From assembly GCA_964106645.2 (NCBI GenBank), contig OZ067045.1: a stretch of 64,000 bases of DNA; one strand, written 5' to 3'. Origin of the DNA: Podarcis pityusensis (taxonomy: Eukaryota). Below are positions 25,121 to 39,745 of the stretch, piece by piece; the stretch's first letter is position 1, and each line of letters starts with the position of its first letter. Below the pieces are notes generated by a model. That model made no database searches. It had not been told where the DNA came from and saw nothing but the letters and a program-made list of their open reading frames with translations. Position numbers and translations under genes: made by a program.

Positions 25121-25366
25121 CAGGGGTAGGCAACCTACGGTCCGTATGCCAGATGCAGCCCAATCACCTTCTCAATCCGGCCTGTGGACAGTCCAGGAAT
25201 CAGTGTGTTTTTACATGAGAAGAATGTGTCTTTTTATTTAAAATGCATCTCTGGATTATTTGTGGGGCATAAGAATTCGTTCACCCCCCCCAAATATAGT
25301 CCAGCCCACCACATGGTCTGAGGGACAGTGGACCAGCCCACAGCTGAAAAAGGTTGCTGACCCCTG
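25121..25366. mobile_element. hAT (Charlie-like) MITE
   Basis: TIRs CAGGGGTAGGCAACCT / AGGTTGCTGACCCCTG. 8-bp TSD TACTAGGT / TACTAGAT. Confidence 0.85.
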
Positions 25367-25414
25367 TACTAGATACTTAGCATTGTGCTTGGCCTGTGGC
25401 TCTCATCTCTGCAA

Positions 25415-25595
25415 AGGAAGCTGCCTTTTACCAAGTCAGATCATTGGGTCCATCTGGCTCAGTCCAATCTGCAGTGAACAGCAGAGGCTCTCTAGGTTTC
25501 AGACAGGGATATTCCCAGCCCTGGCTAGAGACCCCAGGGGTTGAATTTGGAGCCCTTCTGCATGCAAAGCAGATGCTCTACCACTGAGCTACGGA
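25415..25595 (-). mobile_element. tRNA-Ala-derived SINE
   Basis: Same family consensus, full length. Confidence 0.8.
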
Positions 25596-25644
25596 GGAGG
25601 AGAAAATACAGATACAAAAACCCAGGAGAGGTTGGGGAGACTGA

Positions 25645-25830
25645 GGTAGGGTTGTGACTCATTGATAGAGCATTGGCTTTGCAGGCAGAAGGTCCCTGGT
25701 TCAGTTCCTGGCGTCTCTTAGTAGGGCTGGGGACGTCTCCTGTCTAAAACCCTGCAGAAGTGATGCCAGTCAGAACAGACAATGTTGAGCTAGATGGGCC
25801 AATAGCCTGACTCGGTATGAGGCAGGTGTT
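25645..25830 (+). mobile_element. tRNA-Ala-derived SINE
   Basis: Same family consensus, opposite orientation to the adjacent copy. Confidence 0.8.
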
Positions 25831-26371
25831 CCACAGCTTGACACAGAAATGCATGGTTGTGAGTGTTCTGTCCCTGGAGCACCCAGTTGTGGCTCTGATG
25901 GACTTAACCTTGAAAGACACCAGTCAAACTGACCATGTTTAATGGAAGATACCCAATTATCGAACAGCACAGGACAGTGGAGAGTGTATTAGTGGGCAGA
26001 AGGCGAAAGGCACTGGAAGGCGTTACGCTGTCTGAAAAAAAGAAGTCTGTGAGAATGCCCTACAGCGGCCTTCCCCAACACAGTGCCCTCCAGATGCTTT
26101 GAACTGCAACACTCATCTGTCCCAGTATCACATGACTGTGCTGCCTGGGGCTAATGGGAGTCTAAAACATCTACCTGGAGTGCACTAGGCAGAGGGAGTA
26201 TGTCGAAGGGGCTCTCAGAAGCCAAAGAGGCAAAAGGAATTCATAGCATGGGGGTATATACCAGCACTAATCAGGCCACAGGTTTCCATTTGGGAGGAAG
26301 TTATATAAGCCTCCCTTTCCAAGCATGCCACCCCAGTAGCCTGCCATGTTCCAGTAGCAACAAAAGCTTTA

Positions 26372-26587
<216 letters not shown>

Positions 26588-27854
26588 TTAAGTCACTCAC
26601 CTTCTGCAGAACAGAGCTCTGTGCTATGGAGAAGAAGTAGACAAAGAGATAGAGAATGTATTAAACTTATCACCCATGAAAAATACATAAAACTCTTGTT
26701 AAGCAAGAGCTTTGGCTGGGTGGGGGCCAGCACTGTTGACATCTCTTGGGGAAAAGCGGCCTGCTCCATGAAGGACACAACAAGATGGGCAGAGATAAGG
26801 ACCCAAGGACAAATGGGGATCCCAGGCTTTTGGTGCGTTGCCACCTCCCTTCCATCAGCAATGCTTTTCCGACTCACGTGTAAACCACCAGACAGTGCAG
26901 GTGGTTGGCAGAGGATAGCTCTGCTGGAGATGGCAGCGTCACACGGCCTGGACAATAAAGCTGTGGTGGTTTAAATTGAAAACTTATCTATCACATGGCA
27001 ACGAGCTGCAGCTCCAATCTAGAAGTCACCTTGGCCAGCGGTGCTCTGCTATCGACCAGTCAAGATCACACGCTTTGGCGAGTGTTCACAGCTGACCAGG
27101 CGCCTGGCCCATCTGCACAACCCCCCCTTCTTATGCAACCATCCACTGGCCTGTGGCTCAGAGCGGCAGCTGTCAGCATGTGTGCCCATGGGCATCTACA
27201 ATGTGACGCCAATTTCCTGGACTCACCTCTGACCTCTGATCTGTGGGCAGCCCAGCCTCTTGTGGCTTCTGTGCGGGAGGATCCCCAGCCAGTCCTAGCT
27301 AATGACCTAGTGATTTTTGTTCCACCTTTTGAGCAGGTTCCCAGGATGGCTGGTCAGGCAGCCACCTGTTAGGAAAGGTGATGCTTCTTATTGCCCCAAA
27401 TTCCTCTTCTCTGCCCAGAAGAGGAATCCTGAAGTCAATTCTTGCTGACTTGGGAGCAGATTTTTCTCTTACTGAGAGAGAGAGAGAAAGAGTAAGAGTG
27501 TCTGGGACTTTGCAGTGCTGCTCACCCTGACCCAACAAGCAGAACTCCTAGCAGATACATGAATAGCTGCTGGTGCAAAAAGCTCATTCTTTTCAGGGAA
27601 GAAGTGATGTGAACTTCGACCCGGAAGGAAGGACACTTCCAAAGTGACTCTGGTCAAAGGGGCTGAAAGGCTCCAGTTTGCCCTCTTAATCTTTGCAGTC
27701 AGTTCTGGACCACAATGCTGCAAAAGTCCCAGGGATTTTGTAGTGAGTAGTGAGTAGGGCTGTGGGTGTGGAAGTAGCCATATTCCTGTGCCTCAAAATG
27801 GTTGCTGTTAAGTTGCCCAAACTCAGAACCATGAAGAACCAACCCATGTAAAAG

Positions 27855-28340
27855 GGATCTAGGGGTCTCGGTAGACCACAAGCTTAATGTAAGTCAACAA
27901 TGTGAAAAAGGTATCACAGTTTAAGAAGGATATTGGCAAGCTTGAATGTGTGCAAAGGAGAACAACCAAGATGATAAAAGGACTGGAAACCAAGCCTTAT
28001 GAGGAACACTTGAAGGAACTGGGTATGTTTAGCCTAGAAAAGAGAAGCCGTTTTAAAATATCTGAAGGGGTGTCACATGGAGGGTGGAGCAAACTTGTTT
28101 TCTGCTGCTCCAGAGGATGGGACCTGAACCAATGGATTCAAAGTACAAGAAAGGACAGCAAGAGCAATTCAACAGTAGTATGAATTACCTCAGAAGGAGG
28201 TGGACTTTCCTTCACTGGAGGTTTTAAAACACGCTGGGTGGTCATCTGTCAGGCAGCTGTGATTCCTGCATTGCAGGTGGTTGAACTAGAGGACCCTTGG
28301 GGTGGATCCCTTCCAATTCTACAATTCTATGATTCTAGAC
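27855..28340 (+). mobile_element. CR1 LINE 3' fragment (decayed ORF2 end)
   Basis: Translation [43 protein letters not shown] is typical of the CR1 ORF2 C-terminus. Ends in an ATTCTATGATTCT tail. Confidence 0.9.
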
Positions 28341-31300
28341 GCATGCAACAGAATAGAATGTGGCTGTCATGTCAGTCCCAAGGGGGTCAGGCAGAAGGTA
28401 ACATCATGCCTTTTACTAACGACACCAATTTAATGCCAGTCTAAGAGTACGCCAGCTTTCTTTCAAGTTTCACAAAATTATTCATCAGGGAATGGAGAGG
28501 AAGCAAATATACACAACTGGGATTTCTGTTTGCCCATTCAGAGGCAATAGCAGACCAAGTGCATTAGAAACAGCAAAGTGTGTGAAAACTAGAGTGAGCA
28601 ATCCGATTGTGCTCCTTAACCCATGACACAGAACAGCAAAGGGCAACAAGTCTAAAAGGAAGAGCCAGAAGACTTTTGCTCTGTGGCAACTGCTCCCCCA
28701 CCCACTGCCGCTGTGACTAAGTAGAACCAGTGGGGTGTGCAAACTTGCTGCTGCAGAAATATTGGGTGGGTGGGGGGAGCACAGAGGCAGGACTGAATGT
28801 GGGTTTATTCCAGCACTCAGACGAGAACAAGAGTTACATGACAGGCCATAAGCACTTCTGCACTGGATACACCCTGGCGCTTCCTGCCACAGTGTCAGGC
28901 AGGCACAGGATGAAAGGGTAATCCCTTAATTTTCATTAGCCGCCTCTCTGGTTCCCCCTGAATTCCAAAGCATACAAATCCCCCCCCCCCCTTGGTCTTT
29001 GTCTCACCTGCATGTCAATGGGACAAAAGGAGGCACACACATATGCATCTGCCCTGAAGGGGCTTCAGCCATGGAGGATGAGTGGGGGAGGGATGCCAGC
29101 TGAGGGTACCTCTGCTGCTACACAGTTACAACCTTAGCTCTGTTTTGTCAGGTGAACTCTTAAGCTAAGAACCAACCTCAAATTCTGTATCTTGAACAAC
29201 TTGTGCACAGTAAGCAGAATCTTGTAGATTTCTTTATTCCACAAAAATCCATTTTGGCTCTGTGACCATAACAAGCCCAGCTTTGGTCTCAGGTACCAGC
29301 TGCCTTTGCACACACATTTTCAAGCTGTAAAGTCTATAGTGGGGGTACTTGGGGTGAGATGGGGAGCTGTCTACTCTGCTGAAGGAAATTAGCTTGCATC
29401 CCTCGTAACTGTTAACCCCCCCTTGGTGGGATGCAAGGCCTGCAGTGCACCAACCCACCCAGGGTGTCAGAAGCATCTCCCTCCCAGGCGCCCCTAGACA
29501 GCTGAGGAGGAGGAGGTCTCATTATTATGACTCTTGCCTACGAAACAGCACTTTGCCTGGATCAGGAGCTGAATGAACAAAGCAGGTTCCCTCCCAGCCC
29601 CCTCCCCCACGCAGTGAATGATCCCTGAATAAGAAGAGGAAGTGTCTCAGCTGACATCCTGGGGGAAGGTTTAATGTGTTTAAACTCAATTGATAATGCA
29701 AATCCTTCAGCAATGCCTGGAAGGGGGAGAGGAGAAGCACCTCTTTCCTCCCCACCCCAAGAGAAGAAAAATGAGACTACACAGGCACATATAAGCCACA
29801 GTTCTAACTGCTCCCCCCCCAACTCCTGAAGTTACACACAACAGGGGTCAGGTTGCACAGATTCCCTTTCCTTCCTTAACCGTTCCAGCCAGCTGACAGA
29901 TCTCAACTTGTCTTCAGCTTTCTGCTGCCTGAAGAAGAAAATCTGCTTTCTAATGAGGGCTGACATGAAAGCAGCAGAACTGTTGCAAACCAGCCGCTCC
30001 CTCCTGGGATGCAGGCGGTCTGCTTGCGCAGGAGTTGTCCCTTTGCAAAAGGCATCCCAGAGCTTAGGGCATTTGCTGCAGTCAAGACCTGCAGGGCAGG
30101 GTTCGCCTAGGCACCCCACCTCCCATCCTCTGGTCCTCCTCCTTCCCAGAGCATCACTGGAGTCCTTCTCCTCAGCAACAGATGCATCTGCGCCATGATG
30201 GAGCAGATGGGTCAAAATTAGGCCCCTTTTGCTTCCAGCAGTAAGTCATAGTTTTGTAGTGGTGCAACTCTTGCTATTACACTGCCACAAAGGCAGAATA
30301 ACCAACATTACTTTGGAAAGGTTTTCCTCCACACCAGAGATACCAATATCCTGAGGTGCAGAAGGGTTTTTGCCACAGCCAGCACTCCCTGTAGCCGTTT
30401 GGAGCAGAGACAACCCCAAAGCAAAGCAAATCCCGAAAAGATTAGCAGCAGGGGGTGGGGAAGGAAATCCAGTGATTTTTAAGAATAGAGAGCACAGTCT
30501 TAAATAGTGCTGTAGTGCTGAAAAATGTGAAGACGTACAAAACACTTTGGTTTAATTTGGTCTATAAATAGACAGACTAGTTGATGCATGCCAAATAGGG
30601 GGCTGTGCTGGCAGCCGTGCAAGAACCAGGGTGGGTAGGAGTGGCACAGGCCGGGAGTGAAGTATGGCACCTCAGCAGCCTCAAGAGACCCTCATTCAGA
30701 TCAGCAGCCCCACACCCATAATGTATGACCAAGCAGTGGGAGAAGCCACAACACACACAGCCTCATAGCTGCAATCCCCAGGGGTGTTGGGGTGTGTGTG
30801 TTTGTGTGTCAAAGTCCAGGGCTGTTGCCAGGGGATCAGGGGGCTTGAGTTCCAAGTCTTTTGCCCTGGGGTGGATATCTCCTGTACCTTCTCCCCTTTA
30901 TTTTTTATTTTTTTAAATTACTCCCCCTCTGAAACTTAGCCTCAGTTTGCATTAGCACATGCAGATTTGTATCATGGGCCTGGGGCCTCAAAATCCTTTT
31001 AAGTCAATCACTGAGCACCTAAGTGGCCAAAGTGCTTCCATTCATTAAAAAACCCCCCAAAAAACTTCTAGAAGATTAACAATAAAAAGCAATGGGAATA
31101 GGGCAGAAAGATAAGGAAATTGTGACTGGAAAAGCCTTCCTGATGTTTAGCTGACTAGGAAGGACAGGGGCCACCCCCCTTCCCCCAAAAAGCACTCTTG
31201 CTGGGGGCTGGGAAAGCAGGAGCGAGCAGTACCTTGAAAAGAAAAAGAAAAAAAAGAGATACAAACAGGAGGGTAAAGCCCTGACACACAGGGGAGCAAT

Positions 31301-33655
31301 TATGCTATTATCTTTAAAGAAAGGGCCCTTTGCCAGCAGCAACTCATCAGTCAGCCAAGAGAATTTTCCAGCAGATGAGGTGTCTGAGTGCACCTTCTTT
31401 CTACCTGCAAGAAGAAAAAGCAGCTGCACAGACCAGGCACAGCAGTGGGTAGGGGGGAGTAGAGGGTGCGCCAATCACTGCCAAAAGGGCAACATAGCAC
31501 CAAAAGGGCCACATGCTCTACCTTCACAATTGGAGGTAGTCTCTGTTTCTGGAGGACCTAACCAGAAGCCCAGTAGTGAAGGTGGTTGTGTTGCCATGGA
31601 GGAGCTCCCCTCCTCATCCCTGAAGGGCAGCAAAACCAGAGAGAGGAAGGGGGCAAACAGGTGGGTAGATTCATTCAGGGGATTTGAGCTGGTACCAGCT
31701 GTGCTCTGTTTGAAGGCAGTTTTGCAAGAATCCAATGCTACGTATGCCTGTGTGACAGGGTTGCTTGTTTGCCAGGCATCGATGAACCTGCTCATAAAAT
31801 CACAGACCTGCTGAGGAAAACAAAACTCTGGCATTGCTTTTGCACATGTGTGAACTTCAAGGAGTTACTTCAAAGAGCCACTGGGCTGTAGCCAACTAAG
31901 TTATCCTTGGACTAGATAAGATTAATGGGCCTAACTTAGCCATGCTCATTCCTTTCAAGGGGTCTGCTCCAAGGAATGCTGGGCACAATTCATTGTGCTG
32001 AATGCCAACAGTTATGTTGGAACAAGGCCTATAACCAGGTGGTTAATTGCCAAATTTCACAGGCTGGAGCCTTGTCTCTTCAGAGGCCCCATTCTTTGCC
32101 CAGAAATGCTAAAGTCTCTTAGAATATGCTTTATGCTTGGAGTGGGCAACCAGTCGCTCAGAAGAAGCACACAATATTCCGATTTGCTCTGAGTGGAAGG
32201 GCAGTCAAGGTAGATGCAGCTTAGCCCACAAACAGGAGTTTTCAAACTGGGGGTGCATGCTGCACTTTGGAAGCTTATCAGAAGATCACTAATAATGGCA
32301 GACATGCTTCCTCACCACCACAACCACCCCTTTCTTGCAATGCATGATCAGATGGAAGTGTCAGGAGTGTTCTAGGTCACCTGTTCAGTACATAATGGTC
32401 AACAGCATGGCCCTGGTGCCTGAGTGTGCACATGTCCCAGGATCCTTTACATCATGCAGGGCTTCTCAAGCAGACAAGCTGATGTCAAATAGGCCAGTTC
32501 CCTCAAGGCAAAAAGCGTGAAAACCAGAAGAGGTCCTCACACACTGAACACCTGCTTGAGAAAATATTTATTTAGCTGCCACAGAAGCCAAACCAAGGAG
32601 GAAACCCTGTAATCCCCCCTCTCTTTTATCCAACTAAAAGATTTAAAAGCCAGTCTTTTAGCCATTTTCTGCTTCAGACAAACAGGTGGGATGCACAGAT
32701 GGAGAAACATCTGGGTCAGATGGTAATTTAATGAGTTAGGCTCAACATATATAAAGCACAGTAAGGCTAAATTGGCCAAGCAGGATTTGCAGCACAGAGT
32801 GCAGGGAACAATCTGTTCGCTGGCAACAGCAGTGGACAAAAGGCTCGAGATGGCTGTGGTGGCACCATCAAGACTGGCTCGTGCACCCTGCTAAGCTGGC
32901 ACCTGTCCCCCTACACCCCAGTTGTGCAGAGGAGCTTGGATGCCACCAAGAAGCAATCACTTTAACAAACAAAAACCTTTAAAGAAAAGCCTAAGTTCCA
33001 GAGAACTCAGCCACTGTCATGCCCAGACAAGTCACAGGGCTCCAGTCTTATGGAAACAGCAGGCAATGCAGCCAAGTTTTATAATGGTGCCTTGTAACAT
33101 GCAGGAAACCGGTGGGCAATTCCTGAACTTCCATTTATGGGGAAATGAAGCAAGGAGAAAATTAATAGTGCCGTTAAATAGCATGCACAGATTCTAATAC
33201 AACTTGAGGCCTAGAAAAAGGAGGTGACTCATTCCCTTAGACATGCCTAATTTTCCTTTGTAAGGGCAGGGCATGCTGTGTTACTCCAATCTGTGCCAGA
33301 GGACGTGACTCCAAAGCCAGGGGAGGTTGACCTGGGTGGGTCCAAACAGTAAGTTCCTCTGATGTCACTAACCAGTTTGGTGCTTAGGCACCTGAAGGCA
33401 AAGATGCTGCTGTGGAAGAAGGATCAGGGATCTCTTCTAGCACGGCTCTGTCCAGGTGGGGTGTTCTGCCCACACACTGAACAGCAAAGCTAGAGGCATC
33501 TGTAGATTGTGAAGGCTGGGTACCAAGCTGCCAAGGAACATCAATGCTGTTTGGCACTCTGCACTTAGTACAACCAGTTGTGGGTTTTATACCAGTAAAT
33601 GAGCATTACTCAACTTCCTGGAGAAGTGTGATTATAAAGCCAGCATAGGCCTCCT

Positions 33656-33979
<324 letters not shown>

Positions 33980-35529
33980 TCAGGAGAAAGAGAAGCACCA
34001 GGGAGTGACATAGAAGGCAGGCATTGGCAACTGTGTGGACCGATGTCCAAGATGCTAGTGGGGGTACTTTGAACTGATGGCTTTTTGAGCCCTTTCCCAG
34101 CTCTCCAATTCTAAATCCAGAGGGGATAGCAGAGGAAGAACTGCCTCAAAAGAAAGGAGGAGAGATTGAAAAGCAGATTCACACAGAGGACTTGGAAGGA
34201 TTGAGCAATGTGCCTAAGAAAGGTAGAATAGTTTAAAGTGATCTTTTATTGCCCACCTGGCTAATTATTCAGATTTTATTTTTTGCCCTTGTCCAAAGGG
34301 TTTTATAATAGCCTTATTGCCACATTGCCTTATCCTGGGAGTGGGATTCTCTAGATGTTGTTGATCTCCCATCAGTCCCAGCCAGCATGATTAGCAGGGA
34401 TGGAAGCTATAGTCCAGAAACAACTGAAAAACCCTCAATTCTTCAGCCCTGTTGGCAGTGTGGGAGCTTTGCCAGCTTAATACAGCTCTCTTGCAAGGCA
34501 AAACAAACCAGAACAAGCCTCAAAAAGGGAATTCCCAACACGTGGGAAAGAATTGCCTCTGAAGCAGAATTGACCTACAGGAAACTAGAAACCCCTGGCT
34601 TGGCAAAGCACCACACGCCTTTGCTAACCTGGTGCCTTCCCTGGCTGAAGCTGATGAGAGTTGTAATCCAAAATATATGTAGGGCACCAGGTTGTCATAG
34701 GCAGCAACAAAAGATGCCAACTTAACCAGCTTCAACTTTGTCCTGATGGTGGCTGTGCCACAAAGACCACATTCCCAAAGAGGTAGCTGCATTCATGTGC
34801 AGCAACAAGGTGGCAAAGTTCTGGATGGCCTCAGAGATGAGCCGGCAAAGACCGGCTTCATCAGATGCCATCCACAAATCACAATAGCATAAAGGTACTA
34901 CTTACAAAGGTTCATGTCATGTGAGTCACTGCCCCTGGAAGTGGCAAGGGCAGCACCAGGGAATCAAGCCTAACTCTGGCCCATTGAAGAGAACTAGAAT
35001 CAAGGTCTCCCTTCTGAATTGTGCTCCTAGAAGTGTTGTGTGTCCTACAGCCTTGCCCCAAGAAGTCATGGCAGCATTCTACAGTCAAGCCAGAGTAAAC
35101 AGTGGGGAGGAAGCACGCTTCACTTAATTGCAAGTTCCACCACAGAACCATCAGAGCTGTGAAAACCGCCCAGGTCCTACTGGGCCATGCCCAACACCTT
35201 TAGTTCAATAGCTGTTTGATTTGGCCTTGAAGGCCCAGGTTACGACCTCAACCCTTTGAGATGATGGGGATGCAGCTGTCTTTCACATCCCTTTGATCTC
35301 CAGTTCCAGATCAGACATGCCTCTGGGCACAGGAAGAAAAAATGGAGGAGGAGGGAGGAAAATGCCCTGGGGATTAGAAGCAGTAGGTTGTTGGGAAAAT
35401 AGGTATTATGGGATTGTTACATCTGCTAAGGGCATTGTCAGCTGGTGGTGGAGTGGGATGACTAGGCTCCATTTGGGAACTCAAGCACCTGTTGCTGTGC
35501 TTGACAGAGATCCAAGGCTTCCTATGCCC

Positions 35530-35668
35530 ATGCTAGGTGGCCTGCCTCTCAGCCTAACCTACCTCATAGGGTGGTTGTGTGGATTAATTGAGGAGGAGGA
35601 GAACCATGTACACCACATAGAGCTCCTTGGCGAAAATGTGGGTTATAAATGCAATAAATAAATAAATG
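35530..35668 (+). mobile_element. Ther1/Squam3-like SINE 3' half
   Basis: CTCAGCCTAACCTACCTCATAGGGTGGTTGTG core and (AAAT)n tail. Confidence 0.65.
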
Positions 35669-36614
35669 AGAGTTCACAGCCTGAAGAATCGTATATGATA
35701 TAATTACCTGGATTAATTTGGAAAGGAAAAATAATGTATCCCCTTAGTCCAGGCCTCCTGGACCAAGCCAAAGTTTAGCCCTTAAAGCTTCTGTCTGAAA
35801 GGGCAAAAGGAAAGGCCATGGACGGGAGCTTGTTGCAGAAAAGGTTGGCATAGGAGGCAGCATTTCATCTTCACAACACACATGGGGATATTTCCACCTC
35901 AAGAGCTGAGGCTGGCACACGCCAGAGCCTGCCCAAGGCCTCCCCGGGAACTGGGCTCCAACCGCCAAGTTGCCCAAGCCCAAGGCCCAAACTGACAACA
36001 AAAAGCTGTGTGGGAAAACCCACATGAAAAAAAACGGAACAGGGAGCTCCAGGGCAGAGGGGAGCAGAATTCCTCTTTAAAGAGTTGGCTTGAAGAAGAT
36101 GAGAAACCTCCTCCTCCTCCTCCAGGAACAGAACCATGGAGAGGAAAAAGGCTCCAATGAGGCCATTTGAGGTAGCCCCTAAACTGGCTCAGCTGGAGCT
36201 GCCTATGGCTCTAGGGCACAGAGGGCCAACTTCCAGCTCTGAGGCCTGATCTGCCGCCCCCCTCCCTCAAGCTTCAAGCAATTTTTTCAGTCCCCAGCCA
36301 AAACCCCACCAACTTTGGCAGTGGGGTCAAAAGTGTGGGGCAGTGAAGCAGACACAGTGCTGGAACAGGCAATACTCTGTGCTCAGGAACAGATGCAAAT
36401 TGCCCCCTCCTTGGTCACCACAACATTAACAGAGGGGGCAATAAGCCCCCTTCTGCTGATCCAGAAAGATTTTCATTTATGTAGGGCTGTAAGGTGGTGG
36501 TTTGTCCTGGATCCTAGGCAAGTCAATTGAACAACTGCATTTTTTGGCCTTTTTAGAGCTCAACAACTTTCAGGGTGTCCTGGTTTTTACTTTTTGAAAT
36601 ATGGCAACCCTAAT

Positions 36615-36822
36615 TTATGTATTTGTTTAACATTTACAGTGCACCAAAGGATCTCGGGGTGGTATACATGGTTCTCCCCCTCCCCATGTTATCCTCACAA
36701 CAATCCTGTAAGGTAGGTTAGGCTGAGACACCGACTGATGCAAGGTTACCCAGCAAGCATCTCATGGCTGCATGGGGATCTGAACCCTGGTCTCCCAGCT
36801 TAGTCCAACACTCCAGTCACTA
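36615..36822 (-). mobile_element. Ther1/Squam3-like SINE
   Basis: ATCCTCACAACAATCCTGTAAGGTAGGTTAGGCTGAG core and GATCTGAACC B-box. Confidence 0.7.
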
Positions 36823-38574
36823 CAGATGGGGCAGGGAAGGCTGTGTGTACATGAGAGTGTGCAGCGTGGCTACACCCACCTCTGGCCCTCAGAGAGTGTG
36901 GCCAAGGGCGAATGTGGCCCTTGTGCCAAAAAAGGTTATGCTGGAAGTGAAATGATCCTGCCCCCTTTCTCAGTTGTTTAGGCTTGCTTTCTTCTGCAGC
37001 AGGTAAGGTGCGGTGGCGGGGAGGGGGTGTGTGCTTTCTCTGTGATACCATCCGCCAGAGAGTCTTGAGAATCACAGAGGACTCTGTCCCCCACTCTGGG
37101 TGCAGTAAACAGTGCTCTGGACACTTTAAAGCTCTGGGGGCTCAAAGCAGCGTAAAGCAAAATTCCGCTTCCAAGTTTATTTTTAAACTGTGGGTCCATC
37201 GCAAAATATCCAATACATGCGAACCACACATTTTCAACAGCAGGTTCAAGGACCACATCGAAGGTACAATTACAATTTCTTCCTGTGGCTCAGACTGGCT
37301 GAAACCTGCCAATATCCTGGTTCTGTGCTTCCCTCCGCCTTTTCTTTTGAGAACAATCATGTTACTCATTTCCGGCTTGTAAAGCAATGGGCTAGTAAAT
37401 TTGCAATGAGACAGCAATACTTTTATGTGGGGGGTGCGGGAGGGAAGACTGTGGGGCCTGGAGCATCTTTGGGGATGCCAAGCAGTGAGTCAGTGGCAGG
37501 GGCTACCTGGCCAAGACTGAAGTCTCTCCTGCCCTGCTTATTTTCAGCTGCTCGTCTAGCTGGAAATGGTAGGGAGATGTGTGTTCTGGAATGGGGTGCA
37601 TGTGTGCTGGCAGCCAGGTGGCTCTCTGGGGGAAAGGGCAGCGGGTAAGATGTGAAAGCTGCCCCACATCTTAGCCTCTCCCCTACATCATCCCAGCCCT
37701 TCTGGGGCAATGCCGACATGACTCTCAAAGCACTTTGCTTCTGACTCAGCCCCCCTGGCAAAGTGGGAGGGTTCATCAAAGCCATCGCAAAGTTGCTAAG
37801 CGTGCAAGGATCAATGCTTTCCATGTCACTGGTGGGAGTGGCAAGATGTCTTTCGCCTGCAGGGCACACATGAGCCCTTCACACGCTCAAGCCAACACAA
37901 GTACAGGAAGGAAAAGGCAGGCCGAGGAGGTTCCCCCTTCAGCTCTTTGGCTGCTGCAGCCAGAAGAGCAAGTCCTCTTTATTCCCTCTCTCCCACCTTC
38001 TTCTACCTGACAGGAGTCTGAGCCAGGGGCTTCCTGCTGGGACTTCCCAGGTGCCCTATACAAACTGCACAGAAAAGGTGCAGCATGAACTTTGCAAGGG
38101 TTGAAGACTTCCTCCTCCTGAAGCAACTGGGATATTTTTTTATCCATCCATCACCTTATTTATGGGTCTTCCTGCCCAACCCCACAGTACTTTAAATAAG
38201 TGTTTGTTACTCATCCTGAGCCCTTAGGATGTTACTGGGATAAAAATCTGAATTATTATGAATTGCACTGCACAATGAGGAAAGGGAGCTGGCTCGCACC
38301 CAAATGCCTCCTTACACTTTGAGGGTGCCAAGGAATCCCGAAAAGAAACAGTGAAAAAATCCATCGGCCCAGAAAGCTGGTGGTGGATACGATTACTGTC
38401 CCACTTTCCTCGCCTCTGTCTCTATGAAAAAGAGGTGGGAGGCCTCTTTCAGCCTCCATTTAGCTCAAAATATATGCTACTCTGCAGTGAAGCTTCCAGG
38501 ACAGTTTTCAAAAACAAGATAAAAAACCCACAACACATAAATACATGGGAAGAAGAATCCCATACCGCTGTTAT

Positions 38575-38785
38575 GCTAGACTGCAAGAGGAGTTGGCTCT
38601 TGGATCAGGTTAAAGGCCTATATAATCAGGTATCCTGTTCTCATAGCAGCCAACTAGATGCTTTTGATGAAATCCGCAAGCAAGCAAGTCTGACTGCAAC
38701 AACTCTCCCTGCTTGTGATTCCCCGCAACTGGTATTCAGAGGCAGACTGCCTTCAACACTGGAGGTTAAAACACAGCCATCAGGA
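38575..38785 (-). mobile_element. CR1-like LINE 3'UTR fragment
   Basis: Similar to the copies at 50288-50500 and 59050-59420. Confidence 0.6.
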
Positions 38786-39552
38786 TTACACGGCTACACC
38801 AGGACTGGAGGTATGGTGCAAGTGTGCTCCTTCCCTGCACTGCCCCTGGCTCAGACCAGCAGAATGGCCAAATTGGGGTGATGTTCTGAGAAAGTTCTCT
38901 CTCTGGTTGCCATCTGCCTTAACAGGGCAACTGGTGAAGAGCCACTGAAGTTTGACTGTACCAAGGCAAAAAGGTGGACTCCTTTTGCTCCAAGAAACCA
39001 CAGCATCTCAGACCTCCCTGTGTGGCAATCTTGAGTTCAGCCTAGAATGTTCCTCTTTCCTTCTGCACTATCTGTACACAGGAGCTGATTAATTATGGAC
39101 TCGGAGACATACATAGCATTCATCCAGCGCCCTGCTACCACTGCCAACACACAAGTATGGGGGCTACCTTGGAACGACTCCTCCAGGACACACTGTACAA
39201 AGGGATGAAGTAACAGGGAACACAATTCTGTTAAACACAGGATGCCACAGTGCTCATTTCCTAAGAAGACAGCCAGGGACACTGGCTGCCAGCTCAATAT
39301 TTGCATAGCATATCTGCCTGGCTTATACCAGATCACCTTGCTATTCTTCAGAAGGAAGCCAGTGAGAGATTGCTTTGTTCAAGGAATTAGTGGTGGCTTC
39401 TCCCAAAAGGAGGAGAACAGAGATGCTGCCAATGGACAGGAGAGGAAGTGAGAGTTGCTTGGAAGGACGATGTCCAAGCAAATTGCACAGACCAGTATAA
39501 CTGGCAATGAGGCCAGGCCAATTCCAGTTTTCAGATGACCAAGAAGAATTCA

Positions 39553-39745
39553 GGGAAGAGCTGTGGCTCTGTGGTAGGGCACTTGCTTTGCATCTGCAAG
39601 GTTCCAGGTTCAATCCCCACATTCCCAGGTGGGGTTGGAAAGGAACAACTCCCTGCCTGAACCCCTGGAGGGCTGCTGCCAGTCACTGTAGAGGCAATCC
39701 TTGGCTAGGTGACCCAATGGACTGACTCAGCATAAGACTATGTAC
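39553..39745 (+). mobile_element. tRNA-Ala-derived SINE
   Basis: Same family consensus. Confidence 0.8.

Noticed and set aside
27902-28183. 93-aa ORF
   Set aside because: Decayed CR1 ORF2 fragment, not a host gene.
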